DNA from: an uncultured Gammaproteobacteria bacterium
GTDB lineage: Bacteria > Patescibacteriota > Microgenomatia > CAYGWK01
DNA: 64,000 nucleotides
NCBI GenBank assembly: GCA_964353785.1
Contig: CAYGWK010000003.1
Location: 17,303-81,302 of the forward strand
Reading direction: 5' to 3'
Part shown: positions 31,876-41,328 of the stretch, in pieces
Layout: the number at the start of each line of letters is the position of its first letter
Numbering within the stretch: position 1 is the stretch's first letter
Notes under the pieces: generated by a model
What the model was told of the DNA's origin: nothing
Seen by the model: the letters and a program-made list of their open reading frames with translations, nothing else
Databases searched by the model: none
Made by a program: the position numbers and the translations under genes

Positions 31876-33015
31876 TTAACCTTCGGTTTCAACCAGAACT
31901 GTTCTAACTTTTGACTCTTGTCCATTTCGCCAAATGGTTAACTCAACTGTCTCTCCCACTTTTTTCTCGGAAATTATTTTTGCCAATCCTCCCTCTGCTT
32001 CTTGAATTCTTTTTCCATCCATATAAGTTAAGATATCACTTACTTTAATTCCGGCTCTATCAGCTGGCGAACCAGAAATTACTTCAACTACATAAGCTCC
32101 TTCGGGAACTTCATTTAAAATGGCCACCTCTTTGGAAATCATTCGGTAGCGGACTCCCAAAAATGGCCGAGAAAACTGACCAGTTTCATTGAAATTTGTA
32201 ATCGACTCCTTAACGATATTTATTGGCAGGGCAAAACCAATATTTTGTCCTTCTAAAGAAACAGCCACATTAATTCCAATCACTTGTCCAGCAGAATTTA
32301 AAAGCGGTCCGCCAGAATTTCCCATATTGATGGCCGCATCAGTCTGGATAACATTATCGAGTTGCTCAACATAGCCCTCTAAGGGAGAGCCGGCGGTGAT
32401 TGACCGGCCAATTCCTGAAATTACTCCGGTGGTGACGGTATGGCGAAACTCGCCTAAAGCTGTTCCTATAGCAACAACAAATTGACCAACCTTTAAGTTT
32501 CCCGAATCTCCCATCTCTGCAGGTTTTAAACCTGAAGTATCAATCTTTAAAATAGCAATATCATTGGCTGGGTCGCGGTAAATTTTTTTCACCTCATAGG
32601 TTTTGTCGTCTTTAGTAATAATTTTGTATTTGGCTGAGGTGTCAGAAACTACATGTTTGTTGGTCACAATCAAACCATCTTGGGAGATAACAAATCCACT
32701 GGCAATGTCTTGCTCTATTTGTTGTTGGGTACCTTGAGGAACACCAAAGTAAAAAGGTAGCTGTCCAAATCCGGGAAGTTCAAGGGTCTTTTGGGTTGTA
32801 CTGATGCTAATAGTTACCACCGAGGGAGAAACATTCTCAGCCACATCAATAACGACCGACTCTTCATTTAAGATACGTTGGGTCTCGGTCGGAATTCGAA
32901 AGCCAACCTGTTCTTTTTTGGGAAAAATTCTATCCGAAACCGCCCCGCCTAAAACAGCGACAAAGACCACAATTACACAAGCAGCAATGATTAAAAATTT
33001 TCGAAATCTCTTCAT
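31876..33015 (-). CDS. htrA: HtrA/DegP-like serine protease with PDZ domain
   Basis: VTNKHVV, DIAILKI, IQTDAAINMGNSGGPL, SPADRAG. Confidence 0.93.
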   Translation of the reverse strand: MKRFRKFLIIAACVIVVFVAVLGGAVSDRIFPKKEQVGFRIPTETQRILNEESVVIDVAENVSPSVVTISISTTQKTLELPGFGQLPFYFGVPQGTQQQIEQDIASGFVISQDGLIVTNKHVVSDTSAKYKIITKDDKTYEVKKIYRDPANDIAILKIDTSGLKPAEMGDSGNLKVGQFVVAIGTALGEFRHTVTTGVISGIGRSITAGSPLEGYVEQLDNVIQTDAAINMGNSGGPLLNSAGQVIGINVAVSLEGQNIGFALPINIVKESITNFNETGQFSRPFLGVRYRMISKEVAILNEVPEGAYVVEVISGSPADRAGIKVSDILTYMDGKRIQEAEGGLAKIISEKKVGETVELTIWRNGQESKVRTVLVETEG

Positions 33016-33019
33016 AACC

Positions 33020-34261
33020 TTATTTTATTTTAAGCAATTCTATTGCTTTTTCAAGTTGGGGGTCACGCGTTTGATCTTTTTCATCCATTTCAACCTCAAA
33101 ATCCGGTTTTATTCCTTCCTTGTCAATATTTTTTCCTGAAGGCAGAAGCCATTTGGCAACCGTTATATGAAGTCCAGAACCGCCAAGAAGTTCTTCTGCC
33201 TCCTGAATTGTTCCCTTACCAAATGATTTCTCCCCCACCACCTTTGCTCTTCCTCGCTCTTGAAGAGCCCCGGCCACAATTTCCGAAGCCGAGGCCGAAC
33301 CTTGATTAATTAAAACCACCAAAGGAACGTCTAAAAGTCTCCCTTTCCGGTTTACTGAAAAAGTTTCCACTCCTCCGTCTCGGCTTTTTTCCTGCTTAAC
33401 CACCACCCCATCTTTTAAGAATTCTGAAGTAATAAACACCGCCCCATCTAAAAATCCTCCCGGATTATTTCTTAAATCAAGAATAACTCCGTTTACTTCA
33501 GGGTGATGGTCAATGATTGATGAAACAGCTTCCTCCCACTCCTCATAAGTTCTCTCCCCAAAGCGAAGAAGTTTTAAATGGGCTGCCTCATCTTTAAAAG
33601 AAACCTCAACGCTTTTAACAACAATCGTTTGGCGGATAAGCTCCACTTCAAATTCGCCTTTATCTTCGCGAAAAATTGTCAAGGTCACCTTTGACCCTTG
33701 GGGTCCGCGAATTATTGTTACCGCCTCAGGAAGTGACATTTCGGCTGTCTCTCTGTCAATTTTTTTTGCTTCATCTTTAATCCGCAAAATCAAATCTCCG
33801 GCTTTTACTCCTGCCTTTTCCGCCGGTGTTCCGGATAAAGGAGCAATAACGGCGACTTTTGAATCCTTGTATCCAAGCTGAATCCCTACCCCTTCAAAAG
33901 CACCAGATAAATCTTCTTTTGATTGTTTTTGCTCTTGGGGTGGTAAAAAAACTGTATATGGATCGCCAAGTGAGGAAACCATTCCCGAAATGGCTCCATA
34001 AACCATTTTTTGATAATCAATTTTTGATTTGTCAAGATAAGATTGCTCAAGTTTATCCCAAACATCCCAAAACAAAGAAAAGGAAACGTCCTCTTTTCCT
34101 AAAGGCACTTTTCTCTCTAAAGTTACCTTGGGTTTATAATCTAAAAAAGTGATTTCTAATTTTCTTTGACCAAGAAAGTATCCTGTCCCGAAAGAGGCAA
34201 TTAAAATTGCAAAAATTAAAATTACTTTTCTTGCTTGGGAAAGCGTCATTCTAATCTTCAT
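33020..34261 (-). CDS. ctpA: S41 C-terminal processing peptidase
   Basis: DPYTVFL, LDLRNNPGG, SASASEIVAGALQ, SFGKGTIQ. Confidence 0.93.
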   Translation of the reverse strand: MKIRMTLSQARKVILIFAILIASFGTGYFLGQRKLEITFLDYKPKVTLERKVPLGKEDVSFSLFWDVWDKLEQSYLDKSKIDYQKMVYGAISGMVSSLGDPYTVFLPPQEQKQSKEDLSGAFEGVGIQLGYKDSKVAVIAPLSGTPAEKAGVKAGDLILRIKDEAKKIDRETAEMSLPEAVTIIRGPQGSKVTLTIFREDKGEFEVELIRQTIVVKSVEVSFKDEAAHLKLLRFGERTYEEWEEAVSSIIDHHPEVNGVILDLRNNPGGFLDGAVFITSEFLKDGVVVKQEKSRDGGVETFSVNRKGRLLDVPLVVLINQGSASASEIVAGALQERGRAKVVGEKSFGKGTIQEAEELLGGSGLHITVAKWLLPSGKNIDKEGIKPDFEVEMDEKDQTRDPQLEKAIELLKIK

Positions 34262-35073
34262 TGTAGGTTTTTAGGAAAAAACAAAAATTTTTCCTCTCCA
34301 GAAAGCAAAGCTTCTTTACCTTTTCTTTTTTCCAATTCTTGCCAAATTTCTTTTGGGACAGATCCGTCGTTGCCTCCTAGAGAAACTATTGTCAATTCAT
34401 TTGCCTCCGCTTCAGGGGAAATTGAACCTCCAACAAGTCCGGCTATCCCCAAAGCTTCGGCCTTATGGCAAATCCCAAGAGAAATTTTACCACCGGCAAC
34501 CAAAATTTTCCCTTTATCTTCTGGTCTAAGTTGAGAAAGTTTGACCTCTTCGTCTCTTTCTCCCAAAACATCAAGAATTCCAAAAACTTTTCCTCCTCTT
34601 CCCCAACCTCCTTCAATTTTTTCTCCCTCAAATTCCAAAACCAAAAGATTTCCTTTTTTTTCTTTTATTGCGGAGCAACAAACTTTGTTTATTTTACCGG
34701 AGAAAGGACTTAAGAGTTCTTTTTTCTCGCTTTTTGTTTTTATCTTTAAAATCCCTTTATCAGAAAGGCCGACAAACACTCCGGCAACTGGACTTTTAAA
34801 AATCGTTCCTTTCCCAAAAAGTCCTTTTTTAATGGCCACAATCTGGCCCTTTTCAATTTTTGCCCCCGGAGAAATCGAAAGAATCTTACTTACTTTTTTT
34901 GGAGAAATCGAAAAAAAGCCCGCCAAATCAAATTCTTCAAATTCTTCCACCTCTTCGGTTGCCAAAACTTTTCCTTTCAAAACCTCATCTCCCTCACTTA
35001 CCAAAATTTTTGCCTCTTTTGGAAGAGGAAAAGAAAAGAGAGAGCTAGAGATTTCAAAGGCAGGGTTTGTCAT
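34258..35073 (-). CDS. Hypothetical protein with barrel-sandwich-hybrid-like repeats
   Basis: VSEGDEVLKGKVLA / PGAKIEKGQIVA...KSPVAG; contains a 24-bp element. Confidence 0.65.
   Translation of the reverse strand: MTNPAFEISSSLFSFPLPKEAKILVSEGDEVLKGKVLATEEVEEFEEFDLAGFFSISPKKVSKILSISPGAKIEKGQIVAIKKGLFGKGTIFKSPVAGVFVGLSDKGILKIKTKSEKKELLSPFSGKINKVCCSAIKEKKGNLLVLEFEGEKIEGGWGRGGKVFGILDVLGERDEEVKLSQLRPEDKGKILVAGGKISLGICHKAEALGIAGLVGGSISPEAEANELTIVSLGGNDGSVPKEIWQELEKRKGKEALLSGEEKFLFFPKNLQ
34665..34693 (-). mobile_element. 24-bp micro-element in frame (NKVCCSAI)
   Basis: Reverse complement AATAAACAAAGTTTGTTGCTCCGCAATAA. Confidence 0.8.
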
Positions 35074-35306
35074 TTCACCTTGGTTATAAATGGAAAAAGG
35101 GCTAAATATCTTGCTCTTTTTACTGCTTTGGCCAGTCTTCGCTGATGTTTAGCGCAAAGAGAAGACCGAAGCCTTGAAAGGATTTTGCCCCGTTCACTGA
35201 CAAATTTGGAAAGATTTTCTATATCTTTCCAATCGGGATTGGTTTTATTTTCACAAAAATGACATTTTCCCCTTTTGGGGCGGATAAAAGTTTTTCTTCT
35301 TATCAT
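35070..35306 (-). CDS. rpsR: 30S ribosomal protein S18
   Basis: CHFC, FVSERGKILSR, CAKHQRRLAKAVKRARYLALFPF. The true start may be slightly different. Confidence 0.93.
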   Translation of the reverse strand: MIRRKTFIRPKRGKCHFCENKTNPDWKDIENLSKFVSERGKILSRLRSSLCAKHQRRLAKAVKRARYLALFPFITKVK

Positions 35307-35309
35307 GCT

Positions 35310-35849
35310 TTAAAACGGTATATCCTCGGTTGGATTTATCTCTTCAGCAGATTTTTTCTCTTCAGTGCCCTCGGTGATGCTCTTTTTCTTTTTCTTCTTA
35401 GTCTCAGCTGGCACTGTCGCTGGGGTAACCGCCGCTGGTTCGGCTGGTATCTCTGGAGCGACCGCCGCCGGAGCCTCTCTGGTTGGCGCTGCTATCTCTT
35501 CCCCAAGCTGCCTCCGACTATCCAAAATAATCATATCCTCAATAACAATTTCCGTTGTCTGCCGCTGCGTTCCGTCTTGGGCAGTCCAGGCTCTTGTCTG
35601 GAGTCTTCCCTCAACATAAACTTTTCTTCCCTTAAACAAAAGTTGGGCACAAAGTTCGGCCAATTTGTTCCACGCCACAATTCGGTGAAACTCGGTCTCT
35701 TCTCTCTTTTCTCCTGCTTCTGTAACCCAATATCTGTTTGTGGCTAATCCTAATGTGCAAACAGCTGTTCCCTGAGGGGTATAGCGCAGTTCCGGATCCC
35801 GAGTCAAATTGCCAATTAAGCAAACCTTATTCAAACTTCTCGTCGCCAC
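35310..35849 (-). CDS. ssb: Single-stranded DNA-binding protein
   Basis: LNKVCLIGNLTRDPELRYT, VEGRLQTR, C-terminal EDIPF. Confidence 0.97.
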   Translation of the reverse strand: MATRSLNKVCLIGNLTRDPELRYTPQGTAVCTLGLATNRYWVTEAGEKREETEFHRIVAWNKLAELCAQLLFKGRKVYVEGRLQTRAWTAQDGTQRQTTEIVIEDMIILDSRRQLGEEIAAPTREAPAAVAPEIPAEPAAVTPATVPAETKKKKKKSITEGTEEKKSAEEINPTEDIPF

Positions 35850-35892
35850 GTTTTATCTTTTTCACCTCCCTCCGGGAGGCCGGAGGCCTCCT

Positions 35893-36189
35893 TTAATCAA
35901 CTCTGACCAACAAATATCTTAAAACTTTTTCATTTAGACGCAACTTTTTTCCAATTTCTACCGGAACTTCTTGGGAAAGTTCTAAATTGAAAAGAAAATA
36001 AATTCCTTCTTTAGACTTTTTACCCGCTTTTCTAATCGGGTAAGCCAGTTCCTTTTTTCCCCATTCATCTACCTTCTCAACCTTTCCTTTCGCCTTTTCA
36101 ATCTCCCCTTTTATCTCTTCAACCAATTTCTTCCTTTCATCTTCTTTTAAATCCGGGTCTAAGACTACTGCCATTTCATATTTTCGCAT
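35893..36189 (-). CDS. rpsF: 30S ribosomal protein S6
   Basis: MRKYE, WGKKELAYPI, VLRYLLVR. Confidence 0.95.
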   Translation of the reverse strand: MRKYEMAVVLDPDLKEDERKKLVEEIKGEIEKAKGKVEKVDEWGKKELAYPIRKAGKKSKEGIYFLFNLELSQEVPVEIGKKLRLNEKVLRYLLVRVD

Positions 36190-36223
36190 AAAGGAAAGTA
36201 TAACAAATAATTAGAAATTAGTA

Positions 36224-36323
36224 AATAAGCAGAGCTTGTTGCTTTGCAATAAGCAGAGCTTGTTGCTTTGCAATAAGCAGAGCTTGTTGCTTTGCAATAA
36301 GCAGAGCTTGTTGCTTTGCAATA
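36224..36323 (+). repeat. Four perfect tandem copies of the 24-bp micro-element
   Basis: (AATAAGCAGAGCTTGTTGCTTTGC)4 + AATA, embedded in TAATTAG heptamer repeats upstream of rpsF. Confidence 0.95.
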
Positions 36324-36348
36324 GTAATTAGTAATTAGGTAGTAATTA

Positions 36349-36505
36349 GGCGGAGAGGTAACAATTTTTGCGCAGGATTTAGGTGGCAAGCCGCGACCCC
36401 ATCGGAACACAACTTGAGTTTCAAGCTGCCCAGTCGCGAGCTGGTCCCGCGTCAAACGCGGGAGCCATCTTTAAATCCAAGCAACAAATTCGTTACCGAA
36501 CCGCC
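36349..36505 (+). mobile_element. Structured palindromic element, copy B
   Basis: GGCGGAGAGGTAACAATTT...AAATTCGTTACCGAACCGCC; close to copy C. Confidence 0.8.
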
Positions 36506-36517
36506 ACACACAAATCC

Positions 36518-37435
36518 TCAAACTCCCGTTTTAAACTCAATCACATCCCCATCACAAACTTTATAATCTCTTCCTTCAAGTCTGATTAATCCTTTCTCCT
36601 GCGCTTTACTCCATGACCCAACTTTTTCTAATTCCTCAAAAGAAATCACTTCGGCTTTAATAAAATTTTTGGCAAAGTCGGTGTGAACCACTCCAGCTGC
36701 ATCCAACGCGGTTTGTCCAGATTTTAAAGACCAAGCCTGAGTCTGTTTTCCTCCTTTAATAGTAAAAAAGGTAAGTAAATCTAAAAGTTTGTAGGCTGCC
36801 TGAATAACCTTGTCTAGCCCAGTTTCCTTAATCCCTAACTCTGTCAGATATTGCCTTCTTTCCTCTGGCTTAAGTTCGACCAAGTCCATTTCTAATTTGG
36901 CGCAGACCTGGATGACTGGATAATTGGATGACTGGATAATTGGAATCGTCTTAATCTGATTATCTAGTTCTCTAGTCATCTGATTTTCCGATATATTTAT
37001 CACGTATATTGTCGGTTTTTTAATCTCTGCCATCTCAAGTTCCAAATTGACAATCTTGATGTCTTCTTGGGGGTCAATTTTTCCGTGGACATGGGAAACA
37101 TTGGGATTGGTAAATCCCCTGACAATATGAACAATAGCATCAACTTCGCGAATATGGCCGAGAAATTTATTGCCCAAACCTTCTCCTTTATGAGCCCCTT
37201 TAACCAAGCCAGCAATATCAATAAATTTAACTGCTGCCGGAACAACTTTTTCCGGCTTAAGGAGCTCTGCCAACTTAGCCAGTCTCTCGTCAGGAACTTC
37301 AACTATTCCTGTGTTTGGCTCAATGGTGGTAAAAGGATACTCTGCCACCTGGGCAATCTGCCGCGAAAGAAGGGCATTAAAAAGGGTAGATTTTCCACTA
37401 TTCGGAAGACCGACAATGCCAACTGAAAGTGACAT
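36518..37435 (-). CDS. ychF: YchF/Obg-family ATPase (short form)
   Basis: GIVGLPNSGKSTLFN, YPFTTIEPN, DIAGLVKGAHKGEGLGNKFL, AGVVHTDF, DGDVIEF. Confidence 0.93.
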   Translation of the reverse strand: MSLSVGIVGLPNSGKSTLFNALLSRQIAQVAEYPFTTIEPNTGIVEVPDERLAKLAELLKPEKVVPAAVKFIDIAGLVKGAHKGEGLGNKFLGHIREVDAIVHIVRGFTNPNVSHVHGKIDPQEDIKIVNLELEMAEIKKPTIYVINISENQMTRELDNQIKTIPIIQSSNYPVIQVCAKLEMDLVELKPEERRQYLTELGIKETGLDKVIQAAYKLLDLLTFFTIKGGKQTQAWSLKSGQTALDAAGVVHTDFAKNFIKAEVISFEELEKVGSWSKAQEKGLIRLEGRDYKVCDGDVIEFKTGV

Positions 37436-37450
37436 GATAGCCTGATTTTA

Positions 37451-38749
37451 TCACAAAGAGACTAAATCTTTTTCGCTTTTAATTTGAAGAAATTTTTTGA
37501 GACGCTCTGCGTCTGTTTTACTAAACGCTTCAAAAACCAATTTTCCCAAAGCCGCTAAATTCCCCTCTTCCAATTCTAGTGGAGGCTCGATGTAACTTGA
37601 ATATACCTTTCCCAAATCTCGGCGAAAACTCCAAAGATCGCTCTCCCAGTGGAGTTTGGCAACCCGACTAAAATCCATCGCTCCTTGCCAAAGTTTTGGC
37701 CAATCTGAGTCTGGATGTTCAAGATTAACAATTGCCTGGAGAAATTCGGGATATCCCATCGGAACAACCTCCTTTTTTTCAAGACCCACTTTCTCTAATT
37801 CTCCTAAAAACCGGTAAGATGCCCATTCAGCAAAAAATTCCTCTTCAACTCGTCCTTCGACAGTTAAACTTTCACCCTTTGGCGGCGGAAGATTGCGTAA
37901 AAAGCCTCTTCGACTGAAAACTTTAAATCGTCCTACTATCCCATAATCCTCTTCTGGCCTACTACAGAGTCGAGGGAAGACTTCAAATCTGTGAACATTC
38001 ATATGAGCCACCTCGTGGTCTATCCTTCCCACCCAAGAACGGATAGGCATTTTACTGGCAGATAATTGTTTCCACTCTTCTTCACTAAAATTAAGACAGG
38101 TAAGTATCTCTCCTCCGAAAAAGGTTGGTGAACAAGCGGTAAAGGCATCAGTCTCCTTGTCAGTATCAGGTTGACAAATAGCCCGAAATTCCTCTTCATT
38201 AAGAATTTTGAACATTCCCTTAGCATATTCTTTTGCTTTCTTTGGACTCTCTCCTAATAACTGGGCTGCCTGATAGGCAGTAGCTGTTAGTAAAATATCT
38301 GCTTCTCCTGGGGAAGGTATCTTGCCTTCTAGACGATTAATCAGCGTGGCCAACTCAGATAAAGAAAGTTCGGCAATTTTCTTATTCTTCTCTGGCGGGA
38401 ATGGCAAGCCGCTAAGAAATTCTTCTACCTCTTTTCTTCTCTCCCACCAATTAAAGGATTCACCAACAGCTAAGCCAGTAGCCGCTCCTCCTAAAGCATT
38501 ACGAATAACACTAAAGAGTTCTCTTCTAGTTATCTTTTTTTCTGGAGATTCTCTTATTTGGAACCAGGCGGCAATTCCACCTCCAACGGCTCCTCCAGTC
38601 AACATCGAAATCGCATCCGCTTTCAAGTCATAAGAGTTTCGACCCAAAAAGCACCCCTGACCAAGAGAAAAAAGAGCAGCACCTTTTAAAAAGTCTCTGC
38701 GATCAGTCTCTTTAGAAGCCATAAATTTTATCAGAGTGTATTTTAACAA
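37451..38749 (-). CDS. Hypothetical protein with twin-arginine-like motifs and HExxH
   Basis: DRRDFLKG, TRRELF, DHEVAH...EEEFFAE; likely start MASKET. Confidence 0.65.
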   Translation of the reverse strand: MLKYTLIKFMASKETDRRDFLKGAALFSLGQGCFLGRNSYDLKADAISMLTGGAVGGGIAAWFQIRESPEKKITRRELFSVIRNALGGAATGLAVGESFNWWERRKEVEEFLSGLPFPPEKNKKIAELSLSELATLINRLEGKIPSPGEADILLTATAYQAAQLLGESPKKAKEYAKGMFKILNEEEFRAICQPDTDKETDAFTACSPTFFGGEILTCLNFSEEEWKQLSASKMPIRSWVGRIDHEVAHMNVHRFEVFPRLCSRPEEDYGIVGRFKVFSRRGFLRNLPPPKGESLTVEGRVEEEFFAEWASYRFLGELEKVGLEKKEVVPMGYPEFLQAIVNLEHPDSDWPKLWQGAMDFSRVAKLHWESDLWSFRRDLGKVYSSYIEPPLELEEGNLAALGKLVFEAFSKTDAERLKKFLQIKSEKDLVSL

Positions 38750-38773
38750 ACGAAATGAAACTTGTCCAGAAGA

Positions 38774-39436
38774 TTACTCCAGAATAATCTTTAGTCTTGG
38801 CGAGGTAAAGTTAACTACATTTCCACTTGAGCCTTTGGCTTGAATTCGGTATAAATTATTTCCTCGCCAAATTGTTAAATTTCCTGATTGCAGATATTCA
38901 AATGAGGAAGAACGCGTAGTCAATTCGCTGCCATCAATCGCTCTTTTATTGGTGACATCATAAAGTCTGATGTAAGCAGGATCAGATGAAAGATAAGACT
39001 GAAGTGAAATCTCCCAGCGGACTGCCTTAGCAGAGGGATAATCAGCTAAATCAAAATAAAAATCAGTCCCCGAAATATCAGTCCATGAAGTGCTTGAAGT
39101 TGAACCAGTTGAACCAATAGTTATATAAGAAACTTTTGAACTAGATGGTGTCGTTGTTGCTTTTGGGGTTGGGGTAACTGCTTTTGTCGGAATTGAGGAA
39201 ATCGCCTCTGAAACTTGTTCCTCTATATATGTTTTACATTGAGGGGCGCAGGTTTCGCCTGTTGAAATACCTGGAGTCAGGGTTGGCGTTGGTGTCTCAA
39301 AAGTTGTTTGGGCAGTTTCCGTAATTTTTGCTTCTCTCTTTTTACTTGAAACCCAGACAAAATCTAAAAGAAGCAGGTTTAAAAGCAACAAAAATCCACT
39401 AACCCAGGGTAAAATTTTTAAAATTCTTTCTGTCAT
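38774..39436 (-). CDS. Membrane-anchored Ser/Thr-rich hypothetical protein
   Basis: N-terminal TM, PT linker, beta-rich C-terminus. Confidence 0.7.
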   Translation of the reverse strand: MTERILKILPWVSGFLLLLNLLLLDFVWVSSKKREAKITETAQTTFETPTPTLTPGISTGETCAPQCKTYIEEQVSEAISSIPTKAVTPTPKATTTPSSSKVSYITIGSTGSTSSTSWTDISGTDFYFDLADYPSAKAVRWEISLQSYLSSDPAYIRLYDVTNKRAIDGSELTTRSSSFEYLQSGNLTIWRGNNLYRIQAKGSSGNVVNFTSPRLKIILE

Positions 39437-39475
39437 AGTGGTTCGACTTTGCTCACCATAAAGCAGTTTAATTAA

Positions 39476-40888
39476 TTAAAGTGACTTTTTAACCTTCGGT
39501 CCCTCCGGTGTATCCTCAATAATAAAACCAGATTTCTCAATTTCTTTTCTTGTCTCATCCGCCTCTTCCCATTTTCCCTGTTTTCTTAATTCTTCCCTCT
39601 TTTCAACCAGTTTTTTTATTTCCTTTGGTACTTTTGATATCTTTGTTACTTTTGATACTTCCTCAAGTTTAAGTCCTAAAACTTGATCAAAATCCAAAAG
39701 CAAATCAAGTTTATCAGGGTCGGGAATATTTGATTTGGCCATTTCCCAAACTATTGCCAAGGCTTCAGGGATATTTAAATCATCATTTATTTTTTTCTGA
39801 AATTTTTTTCTAAAATTATCAATTTTCCCAACATCAACCTCCGAAACAACTTGTCTCCCTCCTCTCCTCCAGCTTCTTGTCATTTCTACTAATTTTTGAT
39901 AAGCAACTTGGGCTCCCTCCAACCCTTTCCAAGTAAAATTCATTTTTGAGCGATAATGGCAAGTTAGGAAAAGATAACGAAGCGCCAAAGGCTCAAATCC
40001 TTTCTCTTCAATATCGTGGATGTTGCAGAAATTTTTTAAAGACTTACTCATTTTTTCTCCTTCAACAAGCAAGAACTCGTTATGAACCCAGTAGTTGACT
40101 ACCTGATGGCCGGTGGCAGCCTCATTTTGGGCGATTTCATTAGTATGATGAATAGGAACGTGGTCTACTCCGCCGGTATGAATGTCAAAATTCTCACCCA
40201 AATATTTCATTCCCATGGCCGAGCACTCAATATGCCAACCAGGAAACCCGATTCCCCACGGCGACTCCCATTCCATCTGTCTTTTTGGTCCTGTTTTTGG
40301 CGAAAACTTCCAAAGAGCAAAATCAGTTGGGTTTTTCTTTCCCGAAACCATCTCAACCCGCGCCCCGGCCAAAATCTTGTCTCTCGGCATATTAGTCAGT
40401 TTCCCATAATCAGAAAGTTTTGAAGTATCAAAATAAATTCCGTCCGAAATTTTATAAGTAAAACCTTTTTCCTCAAGTTGCTTGACCAAATCAATCATTT
40501 CTTTAATATGTTCGGTGGCTCGACAGACAATCGTTGGTTTTAGGATATTCAGTTTTTCCAGCGCCTCGAAGAACTCATTCTCATAAAATTTAGCAATTTG
40601 CCAGGCGTCTTTCTTTTCTCTTTTTGAGGCTTGCTCCATTTTGTCCTCACCAGTATCCGCTTGCGAAGTTAAATGGCCAACATCAGTAATATTCATTACG
40701 TGTTTAACCTTAAAGCCCGCAAACTCAAGGGCTCTTCTTAGGGTGTCCACAAAAACATAGGCTCTTAAATTGCCAATATGAGGATAATCTGAAACCGTCG
40801 GACCACAAGAATACATCCCCACGTCGGGTGGGTCTATGGGTTTGAAAACCTCTATATTGCGGGTTAGTGTGTTAAATAATTTAACCAT
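39476..40888 (-). CDS. cysS: Cysteine--tRNA ligase
   Basis: CGPTV, HIGN, DFALWK, PGWHIECSAM, KMSKS. Confidence 0.97.
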   Translation of the reverse strand: MVKLFNTLTRNIEVFKPIDPPDVGMYSCGPTVSDYPHIGNLRAYVFVDTLRRALEFAGFKVKHVMNITDVGHLTSQADTGEDKMEQASKREKKDAWQIAKFYENEFFEALEKLNILKPTIVCRATEHIKEMIDLVKQLEEKGFTYKISDGIYFDTSKLSDYGKLTNMPRDKILAGARVEMVSGKKNPTDFALWKFSPKTGPKRQMEWESPWGIGFPGWHIECSAMGMKYLGENFDIHTGGVDHVPIHHTNEIAQNEAATGHQVVNYWVHNEFLLVEGEKMSKSLKNFCNIHDIEEKGFEPLALRYLFLTCHYRSKMNFTWKGLEGAQVAYQKLVEMTRSWRRGGRQVVSEVDVGKIDNFRKKFQKKINDDLNIPEALAIVWEMAKSNIPDPDKLDLLLDFDQVLGLKLEEVSKVTKISKVPKEIKKLVEKREELRKQGKWEEADETRKEIEKSGFIIEDTPEGPKVKKSL

Positions 40889-40900
40889 GTTGCAAGATTT

Positions 40901-41326
40901 TCATCCGCTTACTCCCATAATTTTTCTCTCGCCAGTGCCGCCCTTTTTCTTAGCCAACTCGACCATCGGCGGTAATTTTTTCTTCTCTTCCTTTTCAATT
41001 TGGATTTGTTTAATTGCTTTTTCTTCTGAGAAACCAGGTTTTCCGCTTATCTGTCTTGGTAATTCTTGGGTCTGTTTTTGCTGCAATGCCTTAAGTTCTG
41101 TCTGAAGGGAGGAAAGTCTTTGTTTTTCTTTCTCTCTCTTTTGCGCCATTTGCGCCGGAGTTAATCCCTTGCCTTGCGGTTGTTCAATACCAGGCTCTGG
41201 TTTTATCCCTGCTTGTCTGGCGGCAGTCTCGGCCACTTTTCCAGGCTCCCCAACAATCTGCTTCCCTGTCTGTTTAACTGTCTGTCCTAATTGTTCAAAA
41301 GTTTCGCCGATTATTTGTTTTGGCAT
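40901..41326 (-). CDS. Hypothetical low-complexity protein
   Basis: Gln/Lys-rich ORF between recR and cysS. Confidence 0.6.
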   Translation of the reverse strand: MPKQIIGETFEQLGQTVKQTGKQIVGEPGKVAETAARQAGIKPEPGIEQPQGKGLTPAQMAQKREKEKQRLSSLQTELKALQQKQTQELPRQISGKPGFSEEKAIKQIQIEKEEKKKLPPMVELAKKKGGTGERKIMGVSG

Positions 41327-41328
41327 GT

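Noticed and set aside
36224-36323. CRISPR array
   Set aside because: The 24-bp units are directly adjacent with no spacers, and no cas genes are in the window.
36165-36589. ORFs 36165-36455 and 36383-36589 (and 18674-18856)
   Set aside because: They are translations of the repeat array and structured elements, not credible genes.
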